A stretch of 20,354 bases of DNA from Zygophlyctis sp. KS116 (taxonomy: Eukaryota; Fungi; Chytridiomycota): assembly GCA_054661495.1 (NCBI GenBank), contig BAAFSQ010000180.1:1-20354 (forward strand), given 5' to 3'. How positions within the stretch are numbered: position 1 is the stretch's first letter; every line of letters starts with the position of its first letter. This document shows positions 18,711 through 20,354 of the stretch, in pieces. The position numbers were made by a program, and so were the translations under genes. Below the pieces are notes generated by a model. It saw only the letters and a list, made by a program, of their open reading frames with translations. It was not told the DNA's origin and ran no database searches.

Positions 18711-19304
18711 ACTGTTGCGACTGTTCTGGATCCAAGATTTAACATTCAGTACTATAAAGCAGCTGACTCTTATGGAAATTCTGAATCAGTAGAAAAAATA
18801 ATTCAGGCTGTAGAACACATATACTGCATGTATTATCAGCCAGTTGAAGAGAATATGCAATCGCAATCGATTCGGACACAAAATTCTTGGCATAAAATTT
18901 TTGAAAAAACAAAAAAAACAGTTGTTGATTCTAAAAATGAATTTAAAAGATACTTGATGGAGCCAATACTTGAAGGGACAGAAACTGATGATGTTCTGAT
19001 GTGGTGGAAATTCAACTCTAAAAAATATCCAAATTTATCCAGAATGGCACGAGATTATCTCGCAATCCCTGGTACTTCTGCAAGTTCAGAAAGATTATTC
19101 AAGCGGAAAGGATTTAATTACAGAAAAACGCAATTTATTGTCTTCTGAAACTGTTCGCGCATGTCAATGTCTAAAATCTTGGATTTAATCAAATCTTTCA
19201 AATTTTAAATGATTTGACTTGGAAAAAATACACTATTTGAATTTGGATTTGTTGTTGGAGATTTGAATTTGTTCTCAAATAATTTGATTTGTTGCGGAAC
19301 ACTA
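18711..19304 (+). mobile_element. 3' part of a third hAT family (Ac-like transposase C-terminus with frameshift) and right TIR
   Basis: VATVLDPRF and the dimerisation domain DVLMWWK..YPNLSRMARDYLAIPGTSASSERLF. Frameshift near 19100, then SGKDLITEKRNLLSSETVRACQCLKSWI with stop 19186-19188. ATTTG subterminal repeats; TIR TTGCGGAACACTA at 19292-19304. Confidence 0.92.
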
Positions 19305-19305
19305 G

Positions 19306-19540
19306 TAGTGTTCCGCAAAACCAAATATCAGGCAAACCTTGATAGAATTTTATTTGTACCCTTAGTTTTAATGATAGATCTGATTTTGGTCCAAGCAAAT
19401 TTAAGTGGGGTTTGCTGGGATTTGTGAGATTTGAAAAAAAAATGTCTGAAATTTTACCGTGTGATTCTGTAAGTGACTACAATAGCAGTAGTTTCGAAAG
19501 AGAAAATAAAAGGCCAAAGTCAATGGTATGGGAGCACATG
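19306..19540 (+). mobile_element. Left TIR and 5' part of the same hAT family (start of a BED-finger ORF)
   Basis: TAGTGTTCCGCAA (19306-19318) is the exact reverse complement of 19292-19304. ATG 19442 reads MSEILPCDSVSDYNSSSFERENKRPKSMVWEHM, matching the S-x-V-W-x-H start of a BED finger, and then breaks off. Confidence 0.8.
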
Positions 19541-19716
19541 TATGTGTGCGAGTTAGGGCCTTTTCTTGATTTTCTTTGAATTCCTAAAAAGTTTTAGGGT
19601 AATTCAAGGACCCAATTTTAGGTTTAGTAAAATACATTTGTAAAGGTTTCATTGTCCGAGATTGCAATGAAAAGTAAAAAATGTGACATTTCTCTTCTAA
19701 ATAAATCTTTTTTAAT

Positions 19717-20242
19717 TCATAAACCATTTTATTTTTAGTTTTTCATGAGATATCAGTTCTAAGATAGATAAGAGATCGTGTTTCATTCGTTCACGTTTTT
19801 TTGTTGTTTTTTTAGAGTTTTATAGTTTTTTTGATGTTTTCTTGGAGTTTATAGTTTTTTTGTAGTTTTTTTTAGAGTTTTTTGTAATGGTTTATGATGA
19901 AATGATTTGAATTTACGCTATCAAAGCTGTATTTCCCCAAAGACCTGTGTTCACAGAGTCAATAAATGGAGCATCGACATATTGTTTACTACCATCTTGG
20001 AGAATATAGAAGGCAGACTTTAACGCATCGTTTGCATTGATGCAGTTTTGAGAATTTACTGAGCCTATAAGACCATCAAAAGACCATCGGCCACAGCTTC
20101 TGCGAACAGTCTGCCAAACTGATGACAAACCTTTAGTCATGCTGTCAACAGCATTCTTGCAGGCAGTTATACGAGTTGAATTTCCGGAAATGTATGTTGG
20201 GTCACAAAATGCACGTTGAGCATTCAAACAATCTTGATAGGG
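19717..20242. repeat. Duplicated segment, copy B
   Basis: Direct repeat of 17611-18170. Similarity ends abruptly at an A11 run beginning at 20243. Confidence 0.95.
19913..20242 (-). pseudogene. Second copy of the Cys-rich C-terminal domain of the LRR gene, interrupted mid-exon
   Basis: 83 of 104 aa are identical to 17841-18155 with all Cys conserved. The frame extends to PYQDC at 20242 and is then replaced by unrelated sequence with no AG acceptor. Confidence 0.82.
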
Positions 20243-20354
20243 AAAAAAAAAAATTATTAAAAATGCGTGTGATGAATAATATTAAAATAAGAGCCCAGAA
20301 GCTAGACTTCTCCCTTGTTGAAAAACACTCTACTCTTTGTAGAGGTTGGTTTAC

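Noticed and set aside
18645-19148. 167-aa track ORF as a real gene
   Set aside because: Chimeric: the first ~22 codons are the antisense of LRR exon/intron sequence, and the rest is a frameshifted hAT fragment.
17965-19398. ORFs 17965-18147 (+) and 19198-19398 (-)
   Set aside because: The first is antisense to the Cys-rich exon; the second runs across non-coding hAT termini.

Overview
AT-rich, very compact eukaryotic DNA. It most likely comes from a flagellated early-diverging fungus (chytrid-like), because it carries a fungal Gti1/Pac2 transcription factor and a SPEF1/SPATA4-type axonemal CH-domain protein. Almost every gene is split by 20-32 nt GT-AG introns, so the ORF track fragments or misses genes. 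Left end (1-3426): a 77-nt 18S rRNA fragment, a 90-nt fold-back, a truncated hAT pseudogene, and a complete 2014-bp hAT element with TIRs and an 8-bp TSD. Core (4040-17434): eight tightly packed genes, namely an FLX1-like carrier, STR2-like cystathionine gamma-synthase, an Nvj2/TEX2-like SMP protein, a calmodulin/centrin-like protein, a CH-domain protein, an OAC1-like carrier with C-terminal EF-hands, Gti1/Pac2 and DBP10. Right end (17611-20354): two diverged copies of the 3' part of an LRR plus Cys-rich gene, separated by a circularly permuted hAT remnant whose two TIRs abut across 1 nt. The best candidate for something new is the only long intron (152 nt, in DBP10). It folds like an H/ACA RNA whose pocket is antisense to the LSU rRNA sequence leading into the sarcin-ricin loop, in inverted (snR30/U17-like) geometry. 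All gene models were spliced by hand, and the rRNA target was recalled from yeast rather than searched.
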